A stretch of 64,000 bases of DNA from the human T2T-CHM13v2.0 reference genome, Homo sapiens. The notes under the pieces are model-generated. The model worked only from the letters and a program-made list of their open reading frames with translations. It did no database searches and was not told the DNA's origin. This document shows positions 43,166 through 60,942 of the stretch, in pieces. Each line of letters begins with the position of its first letter. The first letter of the stretch is position 1. The DNA lies in NCBI RefSeq assembly GCF_009914755.1, contig NC_060940.1. The stretch is one strand, 5' to 3'. The position numbers were made by a program, and so were the translations under genes.

Positions 43166-43387
43166 AAAAAATGACAATACATGTAAGAATCTTTTTTCAA
43201 CTTTAAGCCTTAAAAAAAGCATGCACAAACCAGATAAAGGCCAGAACTTCAAGCAGCTGTCTTATTCTCATCTAATTCACAAACTACAAAATCTTCAACA
43301 AGTATTGTGCACACAGCTACCTAACTTCAGTGTCTACACAGAGGCCTCACTAGAATGAGGGCAGTTTCCTATTCAGAAGGCAAGCCT

Positions 43388-43635
43388 AGGCCAGGAGCAG
43401 TGGCTCACGCCTGTAATCCCAGCACTTTGGGAGACTGAGGCAGGAGGACTGCTTGAGGCCAGGAGTTTGAGACCAGCCTGAACAACATGGCAAGACCCTG
43501 CCTCTACAAAAGATTTAGAAGCTACTCAGGAGGCCGAGGCAGGAGGATGTACTGAGGCCAGGAGTTTGAGGCTGCAGTGAGATATGATCAGGCCACTGCA
43601 TTCCAACTTGGGTGACAGAGTAAGAACTTGTTTCT

Positions 43636-43689
<54 letters not shown>

Positions 43690-43690
43690 A
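43388..43690 (+). mobile_element. Alu (J-like, internally deleted) with about 50-nt pure A tail
   Basis: TSD agaaggcaagccta; A run 43637-43687. Confidence 0.93.
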
Positions 43691-43779
43691 GGCAAGCCTA
43701 TTTTTACCACCCCTCAGACAACACAAGGTTTACCAGGAGGGGCATCATAAAGCAGCAGAAAATGTGTTGCCTTGAAACC

Positions 43780-43960
43780 AAAGCTGGGTGCAAAGCCCAA
43801 CTCTATCATCCATTAACTCTGTGCTGGTGAGCAAGTCTCTTCTCTCTCTCACCCTCACTTTTCTGTATGTAAAGTGCGGATGATACCACCAACCTCCAAG
43901 AGTTCTATGTGGACTACTGGGGATAATATATTTGAAGTGCCTGGCACACAATAGAAGGCC
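43780..43960 (+). mobile_element. MIR fragment
   Basis: gagcaagtc...cctcacttttctgtatgtaaagtg...aagtgcctggcacacaatag. Confidence 0.65.
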
Positions 43961-45490
43961 AGTAGCTCTTCATATTTCCTTCCCCTTTCTCTCCAAGGCA
44001 AGGGCTGGTCAGAGGAGAAGTACAGTTCAAGGGAATGCCTAAAAACCAAACTGTAGGTCTAGGCATCCAGCCATTCTCAAAAGAAATGGGTAATCAAAGA
44101 CCCAAGGCATTCAGGGCTACCAAAAACAATCAGAAAAGCTCCACTGCTCAGGATCTATGAACACAGAATCTTTTCTAAGTTGGCCAGACCAACTCCATCA
44201 ACAGAGCTTGACAGCTAAGGATTCAAAATTCACATTCTAAGATTTTACAATGCAGTCAACTCAGTCCAGACATTTCACCATGCACACCTTGCATTTAAGC
44301 ACAGCATAGGCGTAAATATTCAGACCATTCACCATTTTCCCACAAACAATATAAACTCAACCCAATAACCTCTTTATGTGAGATTTCAATGTGTACAGTG
44401 ACAGGCACCCTCATATCCATGAGGGGAATCAATTAAAACAGATTAAATGGCTTCAGCTTTGATTTAATAACCAATTACTGGCAATCCTCATTGCAAATAC
44501 TAAATACTCACTCCCCATAGGACAGGATAATCCTAAAATTTTAACAAAGCTTCAGAGGGTCTACACAACAGAGCTTTTTACTGGAAGCTATTAGGGTCTT
44601 CTAGGGCACCTTCAAAGAGAAACATAAAGACTCCTGGTATATCCAGCACAAGAAAGAGATTCTAGTGTTCTGTGAAACTGAAGCAAACACTTGGGGTTTC
44701 AACACAGATTATGAGGAAGCAAAGAAATCCTTTCTGAAGTCTCTTTGGTATTCAGCTGCAAAGGCCTCCAGACTCTCGAAGGCAGTTCAGAGAAGGACGC
44801 CAATCCATCAGTGTCTGTCCGGCTTAGCTGGCTGACTATCCTTGAAGCATTGTTAACTCATGCCTGACTCCAGTCTGCCTCCACAGGGTAAGTGAGGGGT
44901 AAAGGGACAGGAAACACTCTGTCCTTTAGCACAGTGTTTGGCTCTGGCTATGCTGTCCAAGTATTTTTTCATTTGGGGGAAAAAAAAGGATTTTAATTCT
45001 TTCTTGAATTCTTCATCACTTGTGGCATAGCGCAGTTCTGAGCTTATATAAGAAAGTGAAAAAATAAGTCACAAAAATATACACATACTTGCAATTTTAA
45101 GTTACAACTTAATAATTCCAGATATTGAATGTTATCTGTGCTTTTAAAAAACCTTGCAGTATGTCACCCGGAGAAATCGTTGTGGTTTGGTTCAGCGAGT
45201 TCTATAACAATTTTTTCACTCCATCAATTGAGAAGCTACTGAACCGCTATTATTACCAAGAACCTGGGGCCTAAGGGTCCTTTCAAAGTTTCAGTAGCTC
45301 CATAATAGTTGCATTAACTTTAAGCACTAGGTGCAATGCATCAAAAAGAATAGATCCTAAGTTTTTTGTTGTTGTCTTTTTAAATTCTGAGTCTGCCAAC
45401 ATTGCAAAGTGACAATATCTACTAGTTTCTCACTGCCTGCCTCTATTTCTTCCCAGTGAGTCAATCTACCCACCCTGCAACCTGTGATTA

Positions 45491-45802
<312 letters not shown>

Positions 45803-45844
45803 GCTGTTTGTTAAGGAAGCTGGGAATTTCTCTTGGAAAAAGTC

Positions 45845-46460
<616 letters not shown>

Positions 46461-47178
46461 GTGAAACCCTGCTTCTTGCTTGCCCAAAGTGAAACATAAT
46501 CCCAGTTTTGAAGCTAGCACACCAAACCAAGTTACTAAAATGGCACTGCTACTACAGTTTTAGAGCAGCTTTAGCCCAAAGGAGCCTTGCCTCTCCAAAC
46601 TATACTAACAAAATAGCCATTTTTAACGAATAAACATTGCCCAAGATCTCTCTTTTAACCACAGAATCCTCCATCATAATTCCTTAATAAAATAACCAGA
46701 AGGAACACTTTTGCTAAGTATGGTTCAATCAAATCCACAACCCTACTTTTATGCAACTCCAAAAGGCCCAGATGTGGCTGGCTATGGAACTCACACACCC
46801 AACTGAACACTTAGAAGACCTTGTATAAAACTATTAATCTGAAGGAGGAAAAACAGTTACAGTTACTTCACAAGCAACGAAGTTATAAGGCAAACCCAGG
46901 ATCCTGGAATATTAAGTGGAAAACAAATTATCAACTCCAGCCACAGTGCAGAAAGGACAGTTTCCTACTTTATCTCATGGTGGTTTCTACACACCTTTCT
47001 TCTGTTCCTTTTAATCTTTATTCATGCACGATTATTTTCATAATATGAATGTATTCATGTCAAAATAATGTCTGGATTCATTATTCTAAGGAAAAGAGTT
47101 GACCCATCCCCCAAATATTCAGAAAACACCATATTAAGTCTTCACCCTAAAGAAATTATCTGAATTGTTAGTGAAGGG

Positions 47179-47180
<2 letters not shown>

Positions 47181-47214
<34 letters not shown>
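47181..47214. repeat. (AC)17 microsatellite
   Basis: Pure dinucleotide run. Confidence 0.98.
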
Positions 47215-47218
<4 letters not shown>

Positions 47219-49046
47219 TATAAATACGGTATCTGAAATAAACGTATCTGAAACCAGTATTAGTTTTCATTAGAACTTAACAGATTCAGCTTTTAAAAGG
47301 TACAGTCAGAAAGTATCCTCTGCTGGGAGATATTCTGAGGCTATGTCTACAGCTGCAATTCCGCCTCCATACACATCACAGTGTTGAAATAGTGTTTCAA
47401 TTTTAAAATAAGTGCAATTCTTTTATGAGCACTAAAAACCTACCAAGTGGCTGCAGTAGGGGTAATCATGATAAGTGTTATAAATACCAATAGCTAAGAG
47501 ACTCAACCATAATCCCCCATCAATGGAGATAAATCGCTTTTTCTCCTATCCAGGACCTTATTTCTATCAACTGCTTAAAAATGTTAAAAATGACATTTCT
47601 AATTCATTGTCTACCCCATTGTTCCATATGTGACATTCTGGTAACTGTACAGTCAACGGTACAGTACCTTTGAGTTGTCTCTATAAGAATGAACTAGTGT
47701 AAGCAAATAATCCATAGGAATAAATGTGGTTTTGCAATTTAAGTTTACATACATTCCTAACCATATCATACAAGTGATCAATGATACTGATATTGCACCT
47801 AACAAACTGCAATGGCTGGAGGCTTTCAAAAAAATTTACAGAAATTTAGGATTCCTTTAACAATAGAAAAAAGCCCAATATACATATTACTAAAGACTAA
47901 ATGCTACTTTTCTAAATTGCTCTATCTCCTTCTTAGACAATTCTCTACCCTCATTAAAACACATGAAATCAACCTGGGTGTAAATTCTCTGAACACCTGG
48001 CATAATAAAAAAGTAATGTAGGAAAATGAGAAATATATGAAAATGATGAGACACAAGATGATATAGGGAATAATTAATACTCTATGGAAAAGCAAAATGT
48101 ATTATAAATGCTAGCTATGACAAGCCAACACTCTGGCAGAGTTCAAAAGCCTCTTTTCAATGAATTTAACATTAACTGCAAACTATGTTAAGGTCATATA
48201 CGAAATATCTCACTTAATTCTACAGTTAACCTGTACACGTTTAAGTGGCGCAAGACTGAGCTAATGAAAAGCCTACCTACCCGGTCACAGCGTAACGCTC
48301 ACGATGCATAACTAAAACTCCCTCCCGTCCCGTTCTGTTTTAAAAACCCTTCCTGTAAAACTTGCATAATCTTCCTCCTCATCACACACAATCTTTCTAG
48401 CAGGCTGACTAAATCCAAGTTTAAAGGAGATCTCTGCTAGGTAGGAGGGGAAGGTTCCGTAGGATGGGAGCGACAACCTGTCAAACCCATTTTTTAAGTG
48501 CTTAGGGAGAAATGTCACCCCAATCAGCCTGGAGAGTTCAATGGCTTGCGATGTACAGTTACATTTCTTCACGACCCTTTGTACGTTCTGGGATTCAACG
48601 AGACAACAAGAGGGGCTGGCTTTTCGTTTTGTTTCTCGGGGTAATGGATCTGGCCGGGTCTCTTCAGTCTCAGGCCTCGGTGCCAGGCGGGCGCCCCCAG
48701 CCACGCTCTGGCCCCAAAGTTCCCCAGTCCCGCTGCCGGGCGTCCGCAGTCACCGCCCGGGACCCAGGAACAATGCGGGGCTCCGGGCCGCTCACGATCG
48801 GGCCCGGGAGGCCATGCCCCGCCTGCGCTGCGGAACAAAAGGCGCTCGCGGGGCCGCGGCCGGGTGCCCGGGGCTCGCGGAGTCGACGCCCGGCGGGGAA
48901 GGCGCGGGGAAAACTTTCCAAGGGGCCGAGGCGGAGGGGCGAGGGCCGGGCCGCCCCCTCGCGGAGCCGTCCCGCACAATAGCCGGGCCCAGCGCGGGAA
49001 GGCCGGGCCGCCACGCCCCCGCCCCGGCCCCGGCCCCAGCCCGTAC

Positions 49047-49211
49047 CTGGTGGTTCTCCTTCCTGCCGCCCGCGGCCGCCGCCGGCCCACCCGGGCCGCT
49101 AGTCATGTTCACGTACAGGGAGCGGGTGAGCGGGCTCCGCAGCGTCCACATCCTCCGCGCCAGCCACACGGACGCCAGGCTCAGGCACAGCCAGCCCGCC
49201 AGCAGTCTCAT
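49047..49211 (-). CDS. METTL9: METTL9 exon 1 coding part
   Basis: ATG at 49211; MRLLAGWLCLSLASVWLARRMWTLRSPLTRSLYVNMTSGPGGPAAAAGGRKENHQ; donor CAG|GTACGG, phase 0 matching exon 2. Confidence 0.96.
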
Positions 49212-49236
49212 CGGGGGCCGCGGCCGCTCGCTCGGA

Positions 49237-49314
49237 TCACCGCCGGCGCCGGGGCGAGGAGGAGGAGGCACCGCCGCCTCCGGCCACCGCCGCCACCGCC
49301 CGAGCTCGAGCCAT
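49237..49314 (-). CDS. Upstream ORF in METTL9 5' leader (25 aa)
   Basis: gccgggATGG strong context; MARARAVAAVAGGGGASSSSPRRRR-TGA; translation not shown. Confidence 0.5.
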   Translation of the reverse strand: MARARAVAAVAGGGGASSSSPRRRR

Positions 49315-49710
49315 CCCGGCCGCCTTGCCCATCCAGCCCCCTTCAGGGCAAAGGCTGGGGGTGGGGAGGAGCAGCCGGCGCGCAGCCTCGGCACCTCCCC
49401 CTTCCCTTCCGGCCGCGGAACGCCGCTGCCCCCTGCACCAGTTTCCATCCGGAGCACTTACAAGCGGCCGCGTCGCTTTCTCCCCCGGCGCCCTCCCTCC
49501 GTCCAATGAGCGGGCCGCTGGGAGGCGGGACAAAGGGAGCGCGCATCCGCCCGGAGCGCGTTCTCGTGTCCCGGCCCTGCCTTGGCCTCTAGTAAATGGC
49601 GGAGGTGGTTTTAATTTTTTTGAGGGCTGAGGAGATCACTTCCGAAGGCGGTAACTGCAGCCTCCCTGCCCCTCCAAGGTGGTGCTGGAAGGACCTCCAG
49701 TCTTTCCTCG

Positions 49711-49791
49711 CCTCATCCCACTCCACGGCGGGACTTTGACAGGGTTACCTCTCGACCCTCATCCCACTCCACGGCGGGACTTTGACAGGGT
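49711..49791. repeat. Perfect 35-bp direct repeat, period 46
   Basis: cctcatcccactccacggcgggactttgacagggt at 49711 and 49757. Confidence 0.95.
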
Positions 49792-50517
49792 CGTGCAGTT
49801 AACCCCGGGGGCGCAAAGAGGGGAGTCATTCCTTTCGTGCATCCTGACACACACAGGTTCTTCCCGGAGACGAATGGTGCCAGTGATGGTTGCCCGCTCG
49901 GATGCGTAGTTTCCAGTTTACATTTAGAACCGACCTGCCAGACTCCCTCCTCTACTCTCCCCACCACCACGACCCGCCTGCCCCGTTCCCCAAGCCTGAG
50001 AAGTTGCTGGCTACGTGTTTCTATAAAGAATGAGTGAAAATTCTGCCTTTTGGGGAAGCTACCGCAGCTGGGGTACCCACAAGTAATGTTTTAGATGTAT
50101 TGATGGCCCTGCCCAAGAATGAAGACCTCAAGTTAGACTCCTTGGCTGCCTTGTTTCCTTGAATTAGCACAGGGAAGTTGGACCCAACACTCTTAAGAGT
50201 GAACTCAGCTCTGGGAGCAGTGTTTAACCCGGATATTTATTTGATCATTTATAACACGAGGAGACCTAGCAACATTTCAGAACTGAACGGTTAGTTACAC
50301 TGTGTTCCTGTCTGCAGTTCTTCCTGCTATTATCCAAGCCACAATTAAGGAGTAACATTTCGTGGGAGTCCCTAACTTTAATACTTTCCTAGGTTTGTTT
50401 GGAAAGTGCTTTTAATTTAACTGCACCAGAAATAATGTAAATGTGTCTAAGTTCAAAACAAAAGAAGTAAGCCTTTTGGTTAATTCAGCGTTGCACATCA
50501 GAGATTTTCATTTATGA

Positions 50518-50876
<359 letters not shown>

Positions 50877-51644
50877 CAACAGCTCTTTTATTAGCTTTTA
50901 AGAATCTCAGCTTGGCACCTTTGGCTAACAAGGATATCTTGTTGCCTAATGTAACAGGCTGTAACAACAAACAAAAAGGCACAGGGTGGGTGGGGTTCGG
51001 TATTTTGTGTTCTCTCTTTCCAATATACTCCCTGACTGCTTCCTGCCAAAACCCCGAAAAGCCCAAGCCTTACTAAATCTAGTTCAAACCTCTAGTGGTC
51101 CTGGCCCAAGTCATCAAAAAGGAACTATGGTAGCAAGTCCAATAACTGTTTATTTACTATGACACCTCTCCTTCCTGTCTCTTAGGATCAGTGTAACAGA
51201 CAAAGCAACTCTGTCACAAAAGGAAGCCTTCATCTTTTTAAAGTGGGGGTGAAAGCAGCAGGAGTGCATAAAATGGCATATTTCCTTTCTGAAGACAAAG
51301 GAGACAAAAAGGTATGCCCCAGCTATAGAGTGAGACCACATAGCTGTAGCTGAGAGACTGCAAAATGTTATCAGATGAACAAGCAAGTAGATGGCTGCTG
51401 TAGTCAGAAGGATTTTGGGGTCAGTTGACTGCCACGAAGCCTAACAGCTCAAAGGAGCAGATTTTGTTTTATATCTGAGCAGCTGGCCTAGAAAAATAAA
51501 TCACTCATACATTTAAAATACTCTATAATAACCACCAAACACTCAAACCCATGCTATTTACATTTAGCAGGCACAGGAAGAAACCAGAGCATCCGATGAT
51601 CAAATGATTTGCCTGAAGGTAGCAGAGTAAATTCAATAGCTGAC

Positions 51645-51689
51645 CTTTTCATAGAACTTGGTATCCCAGCTCGTGGTCTTTCGATCCAT
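51645..51689 (-). CDS. METTL9: Probable alternative upstream coding exon of METTL9
   Basis: ATG GAT CGA AAG...TAT GAA AAG|GTCAGC = MDRKTTSWDTKFYEK, phase 0 so in frame with exon 2; position fits my recollection of an annotated upstream start. Confidence 0.65.
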
Positions 51690-52255
51690 CTAAGAAGCTT
51701 TGCTGTCTCTTCTCAGAGAGCCTCCTGAATTACAAATGAGGAGAAACGAAAACAGCAAGAGTAAATATACGAAGCAGAAGTTCAGATTGCCCATTGGGGA
51801 CAGCCCCCTTCCTTCATCTACTAGAATGTCACTACCGTATATTAAAACCTCAATTCTCCATAATGGAGACGGGAAGGGGCAAGATGACACAAAAAGCCAA
51901 ATAGCCAATACTCGTTCTAACATGATCTTGAGATGCAGTTAGTAATATTCAAAAGATACACAAATGACCCTCTGCACCGAACTCTGCTCATTGACCCCAG
52001 GTGTCCCACTTGGGTCACAGCCCTGTACACAGGCCCAAAATTTTGGCGGGATCACTTTCCTATCTAGATCTCTAGGCAAAGGCTTTTTGTTATTGTTGTT
52101 CTTTGAAGTTACAAAGCTTGGCATTTTCATATTCTCTTTTCAATTACAAAGTATCATGTTAAGAGAATCCACAAGCAGAGAGTTTGGATCTGTACAAAAC
52201 CTATTGATGATTGTTATCTCCTTGAAGAGATAATGATTTAAAAAGAACTCATATA

Positions 52256-52852
<597 letters not shown>

Positions 52853-53164
52853 CATAATCATGTTTTTATGGACAGATATTTTTTATGCTTCTTAATATTG
52901 TTTTGTATACCTTCAGAGAAAGATACAGCTTTTTCCCAGTATATTCAATAGAATGTGTCCTGTAGTTATTAAGCAATGAGCACCTCTAACAAAATTAGCA
53001 AATGTACTCAACAATTTGTTTAATTAATTAACGTAGGAGATCTTTATCTGAATTTAGTTGATACAACTTCAATCCTGTGCAATGATATCACTGTGGGCTC
53101 CAGTTGATGAATTCTAAGTCAAGGCAAAACTGCAGACAGCTTTGAAAAAAAAAAAATTAGTAGC

Positions 53165-54065
<901 letters not shown>

Positions 54066-54399
54066 AGCCATGGTTCTGAGCTGTCTGCTTCACAAGACGT
54101 GTGTGAGAATTAGATGATCTGAGAGTTTTTTAAACTGCAAAACATCAACCAAAGTTATCATAATAAAGATGCTCAGTCCTAATGTAAAATGCCCACGTGA
54201 GGGATCTAGGTGGCCATCCTGTAAGAATCTAATGTCTGATGATCTGTCAGAGACTTTGGTCTCTGCAAAGCTACTCTCTGTAAAACATTCTCTTAGAACC
54301 CATGATGATAGCATCTCTTAATAATGTGTCTATCTTCACACATGTGTCTATCCTCATGACATTTCAAACTGAGTGGGGAAAAGAATATAAAACACAAAA

Positions 54400-55015
54400 C
54401 TAGGCTGAGGTGGGAAGATCATTTGAGGCCAGGAATCCAAGACCAGCCTGGACAACATGTTGAAACCCCATCTCTACTAAAAATACAAAAATTAGCTGGG
54501 TGTGGTTGTGCAGGTACTTGGTAGGCTGAGGCATGAGAATCACTTGCACCCAGGAGGCAGAGGTTGCAATGATCTGAGATCGCACCACTGCACTCCAGCT
54601 TGGCTGACAGAGCAAAAGTCTGTCTCCAAAAACAAAGTAAAACAAATAAACACAGAACTATAAAAAAAAAAATTCAAACCTAAAAGCAAAATCAGCTGGG
54701 CACAGTGGCTCATGTCTACAATCCCAGCACTTTGGGAGCCTGAGGCAGGCAGATGGCTTGAGCCCAGGAGTTCCACACCAGCCTGGGCAACATGACAAAA
54801 TCCTGTGTCTACCCAAAAAAAAAAAAAAAAAAAAAAAAAAAACTACAAAAATTAGTCAGGTGAGGTGGTGTGTGCCTATACACCCAGCTACTCAGAAGGC
54901 TGAGGCAGGAGCATCAACTGAGCCTGGGAGGTCGAGGCTACAGTGAGCCATGACCACAGCACTGCACTCCAGCCTGGGTGACAGCACAAGACCATGTCTC
55001 AAAAAATAAAATAAA
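54400..55015 (+). mobile_element. Two tandem Alus (54400-54660, 54693-55015)
   Basis: Alu consensus; second has a long middle A run. Confidence 0.92.
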
Positions 55016-55635
55016 ACTCAGGGAGTAAACTCAAGTTACCTACTTGTCAAAGATGCCTGTCTTTTTAGTAGGAAAGTCTTTTCCCCTCTGATATATAAAA
55101 TTCTTCCCAGCTGGCTCACCTATGTACCCAGTCTGTACCCGCCAGGGCATTTCACCTGCTTACAGAACCTTTTGAACTCCCATGATTTCCTCCCTCATCA
55201 TTCGCACATCTGTTTGTTTATGTCAGCAATATTAACCAAAAGACAAAGAAATGCCACTTTCACATATGCAATAAATATTTATTGGGTACATGGAATATAC
55301 CAGGCCCTGGATTTACGGGAATAGAAAGCAAAATAAACACAATGTCTCACCTTCATAGAGCTTACCGTCTAGTAAGGAGACTGACCCGAATACATAATTA
55401 CAAACTGCTGAGAGCGAGAAAGGATTTGTATACTGTTACGAGAACTTGGACAGATCTGACTTAATTAGGCGTGGAGGGCATGAGGGAAGGAGAGTGTTCA
55501 GGGAAAGCTGCCTTGAGGAAATGTGCTTTGTGGTCATTTTGACATCCCCTTGCCAAACTTGAAAGCTTCCAGATTTCCCAAGTTCCTCCTGGACTACAGG
55601 TATCCCCAATAATTGTGACAACAGAAATGGAGATA

Positions 55636-56737
<1,102 letters not shown>

Positions 56738-57084
56738 GACTGCTCATCAGAGCCTTCTAGAATGTGAGGAATCCCAGTGTCCCTCACATACACTCACAGA
56801 GTCCTGGAGAAAACGAAATGAGTTGTCTGGGCAGCTGTCAGCACAATCCCCTATATATATAGTCAGCTCTCAGATAGTAGCTGTGGTGGTTATTATGGAA
56901 TCATAAGGCAGATGTAAACCTAGCTCTCCTTGGACAAGTTACTTAAGCAGTCCAAGAGATGAACAGCCATCTACTTTAAACTTAGTCTACTATAAGACAA
57001 ATTAATTAGGGAGAGTCCTTCAACCTAAATCCTGGGCTCCACCAAATGAATCAGTTTCTCCAACAGAACTGTGTGAATTAGGCA

Positions 57085-57748
<664 letters not shown>

Positions 57749-58752
57749 CACTTCTGTATTTATACAGATCCTTCTGCCTGTGCTTCTGAATCCTTAAAAG
57801 ACATCTTCACATACAGTATAAGCTACTTAAAGGAATATAAGTATTTTTAAATATATATTTCAACTAAATAATGTCCTTCCAATAACAGGTCTATGAGTCA
57901 GAGCTCTGACAAAAGACAGAAGGCTGTTGCTTTCATTCAGTTTCTAGGGCATTTTTGAAGGTCCAAATATCTTTCATCTAGTTTTAAATATCCTTTCGAA
58001 ACAACCCTGTCCTTGGCCTCTTAATTGCTTTCTTTTGCATGTATGTGGGCTTGCTCTTCTAAATGACTGCTTCCTCTCCACCAAATTCACCGTGGGTATT
58101 TATTTTGAAATTATAAAGGCTTCTTATTTTATAAATATGAAACATTAAAACTTATGGTTTATATGAAATACATGGGGGAAGTGTCCTGTATTATGAGAAA
58201 TCTTTTAAAACTTAAAATGTAAATTTTTTACGATAGACCAAATGTGTATATACATAAACATAAGTGATCTTAAAGTGTTTGTAAAACATACCACAAAATA
58301 ACCACATTTCTGCTGGCATGAAATAAAACCACTGTTTTCTTTTTGCACAACCAAAACTGATCAGAAAATGAGGAAGAATACATTTACGAAAGAGGATACT
58401 TGAGTAATCAACCATCCTGAAAATCAGACAGAAATATCTCCCTTCTCTAGTGAAAACTATGACTGATTTTTTAATAGCCACAGCTAATCTGAGCTTGTTT
58501 TACAAGTTAGCCCAGGATCTTCCTCAAATTTATTGTGTGCACAACTCATTCAATCAGAGGAAAGGCATTTGGCTATCAGATCACCAAAACTGTGGCATTG
58601 TAAGACTCCCGCTACAGTTTTCATCTCCCTTTATGGTCTCCTCTTACCAAGAATTCTTTGTGCTATACAGTTTCTTGAAATTGACAAAGTCAATACTGAT
58701 AACAGCTATTAAGTTTTTCTACAATAGAAACTTTATTTCTAAGTTCATTAGC

Positions 58753-59054
58753 TTTTCTTTTCTTTTTTTTTTTTTTCAGACCAGTGTAATGTTCTGTCTC
58801 CCAGGCTGGAGTGCAGTGGTATGATCACAGCTAACTGCAGCCCCCCTGGGCTGAATCTGTCCTCCTGCTTCAGCCTCCTGAGTAGCTGGAACTACAGGTA
58901 CATGCCACCACACTCAGCTAATTTTTGTATTTCTTTGAGAGATAGGGTATCGTCACGTTGCCCAGGCTGGTCTCAAACTCCTGAGCTCAACTGATCTACC
59001 TGCCTCAGCCTCCCAAAGTGCTGGGATTATAGGTGTGAGCCACCGTGCCCGGCC
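58753..59054 (-). mobile_element. Alu (J-like)
   Basis: TSD taagttcattagcttt. Confidence 0.93.
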
Positions 59055-59592
59055 TAAGTTCATTAGCTTTCTACGCTCAAGTCTTTTGGAGAAGTTTGAG
59101 ATGTGACAGCAGCAGGCATCAGAGGCTAGCAGCTCTCCCCCACCATGAAGAATTTTTCCCATTCAGATTCCAGCTTCCCCCTCTCACACCACCCCAGAGG
59201 GCATGGAGAAGCTGGCTTTGCTCAGGAACCACAATAAAGTGTAGTTTGTTATGTGTGAATGTAGAGCATGCTGTTCTCCGTCCAACATAAATCCATTTTT
59301 ATAACCAAAACTATAAATGACAGTGGAGCCAAATTTGCTACTTTTTGGACAGACATCTTACAAGTTAAACAAATTGCTTTAGGTTCATTATATCCAGTTT
59401 TTGCTTTCATAAGGAGACATATTTACAGATAATTACCACATCTACAATGTTCATTATAATTATTCAATGAAGGAAGGCTTCAGGAAAAAAAATCTAAGTT
59501 ATCCTTGTACAGTTTTGACAGTACATTGGATTCATGTTTAGAATCTGCAACATCCTGTTTGATTCATGTGCTGGAATTTCTCCATTATTATA

Positions 59593-60498
<906 letters not shown>

Positions 60499-60805
60499 TA
60501 AATAGCTGCATATACATGGGTGTATTTTCATCTTGACAGATGGTAAATCATAGCACATTTGAGGACATCAAGCATTCATTAGATCCTTTGCCCTATTTAG
60601 AACTTATATCTGCTTGGACACAAGTATCAGGAATATATTATATTTTTGACATATGTTAAAGGCTGTTTCAAGAAAAAAATTTAAGTCAGGTCTTTTTGAC
60701 ATATTAAGCTGTATATGGAGTTAATCATAAAATCGCCCTGAAAAATCTCTGGAAATAGAGAAATAAAATTGCTGTCTGAGAACCACACTTTAAAACATAC
60801 ATATA

Positions 60806-60942
60806 GGCTGGGCATGGTGGCTCATGCCTGTAATCCTAGCACTTTGGGAGGCCGACACAGGTGGATTGCTTAGGCCCAGGAGTTTGAGACCAGCCTGAGC
60901 AATATGGTAAAATCCTGTCTCTACAAAAAATTACAAAAATTA
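60806..60942 (+). mobile_element. Alu left arm
   Basis: ggctgggcatggtggctcatgcc...ctctacaaaaaattacaaaaatt. Confidence 0.9.

Larger units (their letters stand above)
48640..49830. promoter_or_regulatory. METTL9: CpG island / METTL9 main promoter
   Basis: Very GC- and CpG-rich; CCAAT at 49503, GC boxes, YY1-like AAATGGCGG at 49594, ETS-like CGGAAGTG (- strand) near 49637; no TATA. Confidence 0.93.

Noticed and set aside
48512-49630. Long + strand ORFs of 156-322 aa over the CpG island
   Set aside because: Pro/Arg/Gly/Ala-rich stop-poor frames expected in GC-rich DNA antisense to exon 1; no domain recognised
58212-58824. 89- and 124-aa ORFs in AT-rich non-repeat DNA
   Set aside because: Non-ATG or weak starts, no recognisable family, no clear splice signals
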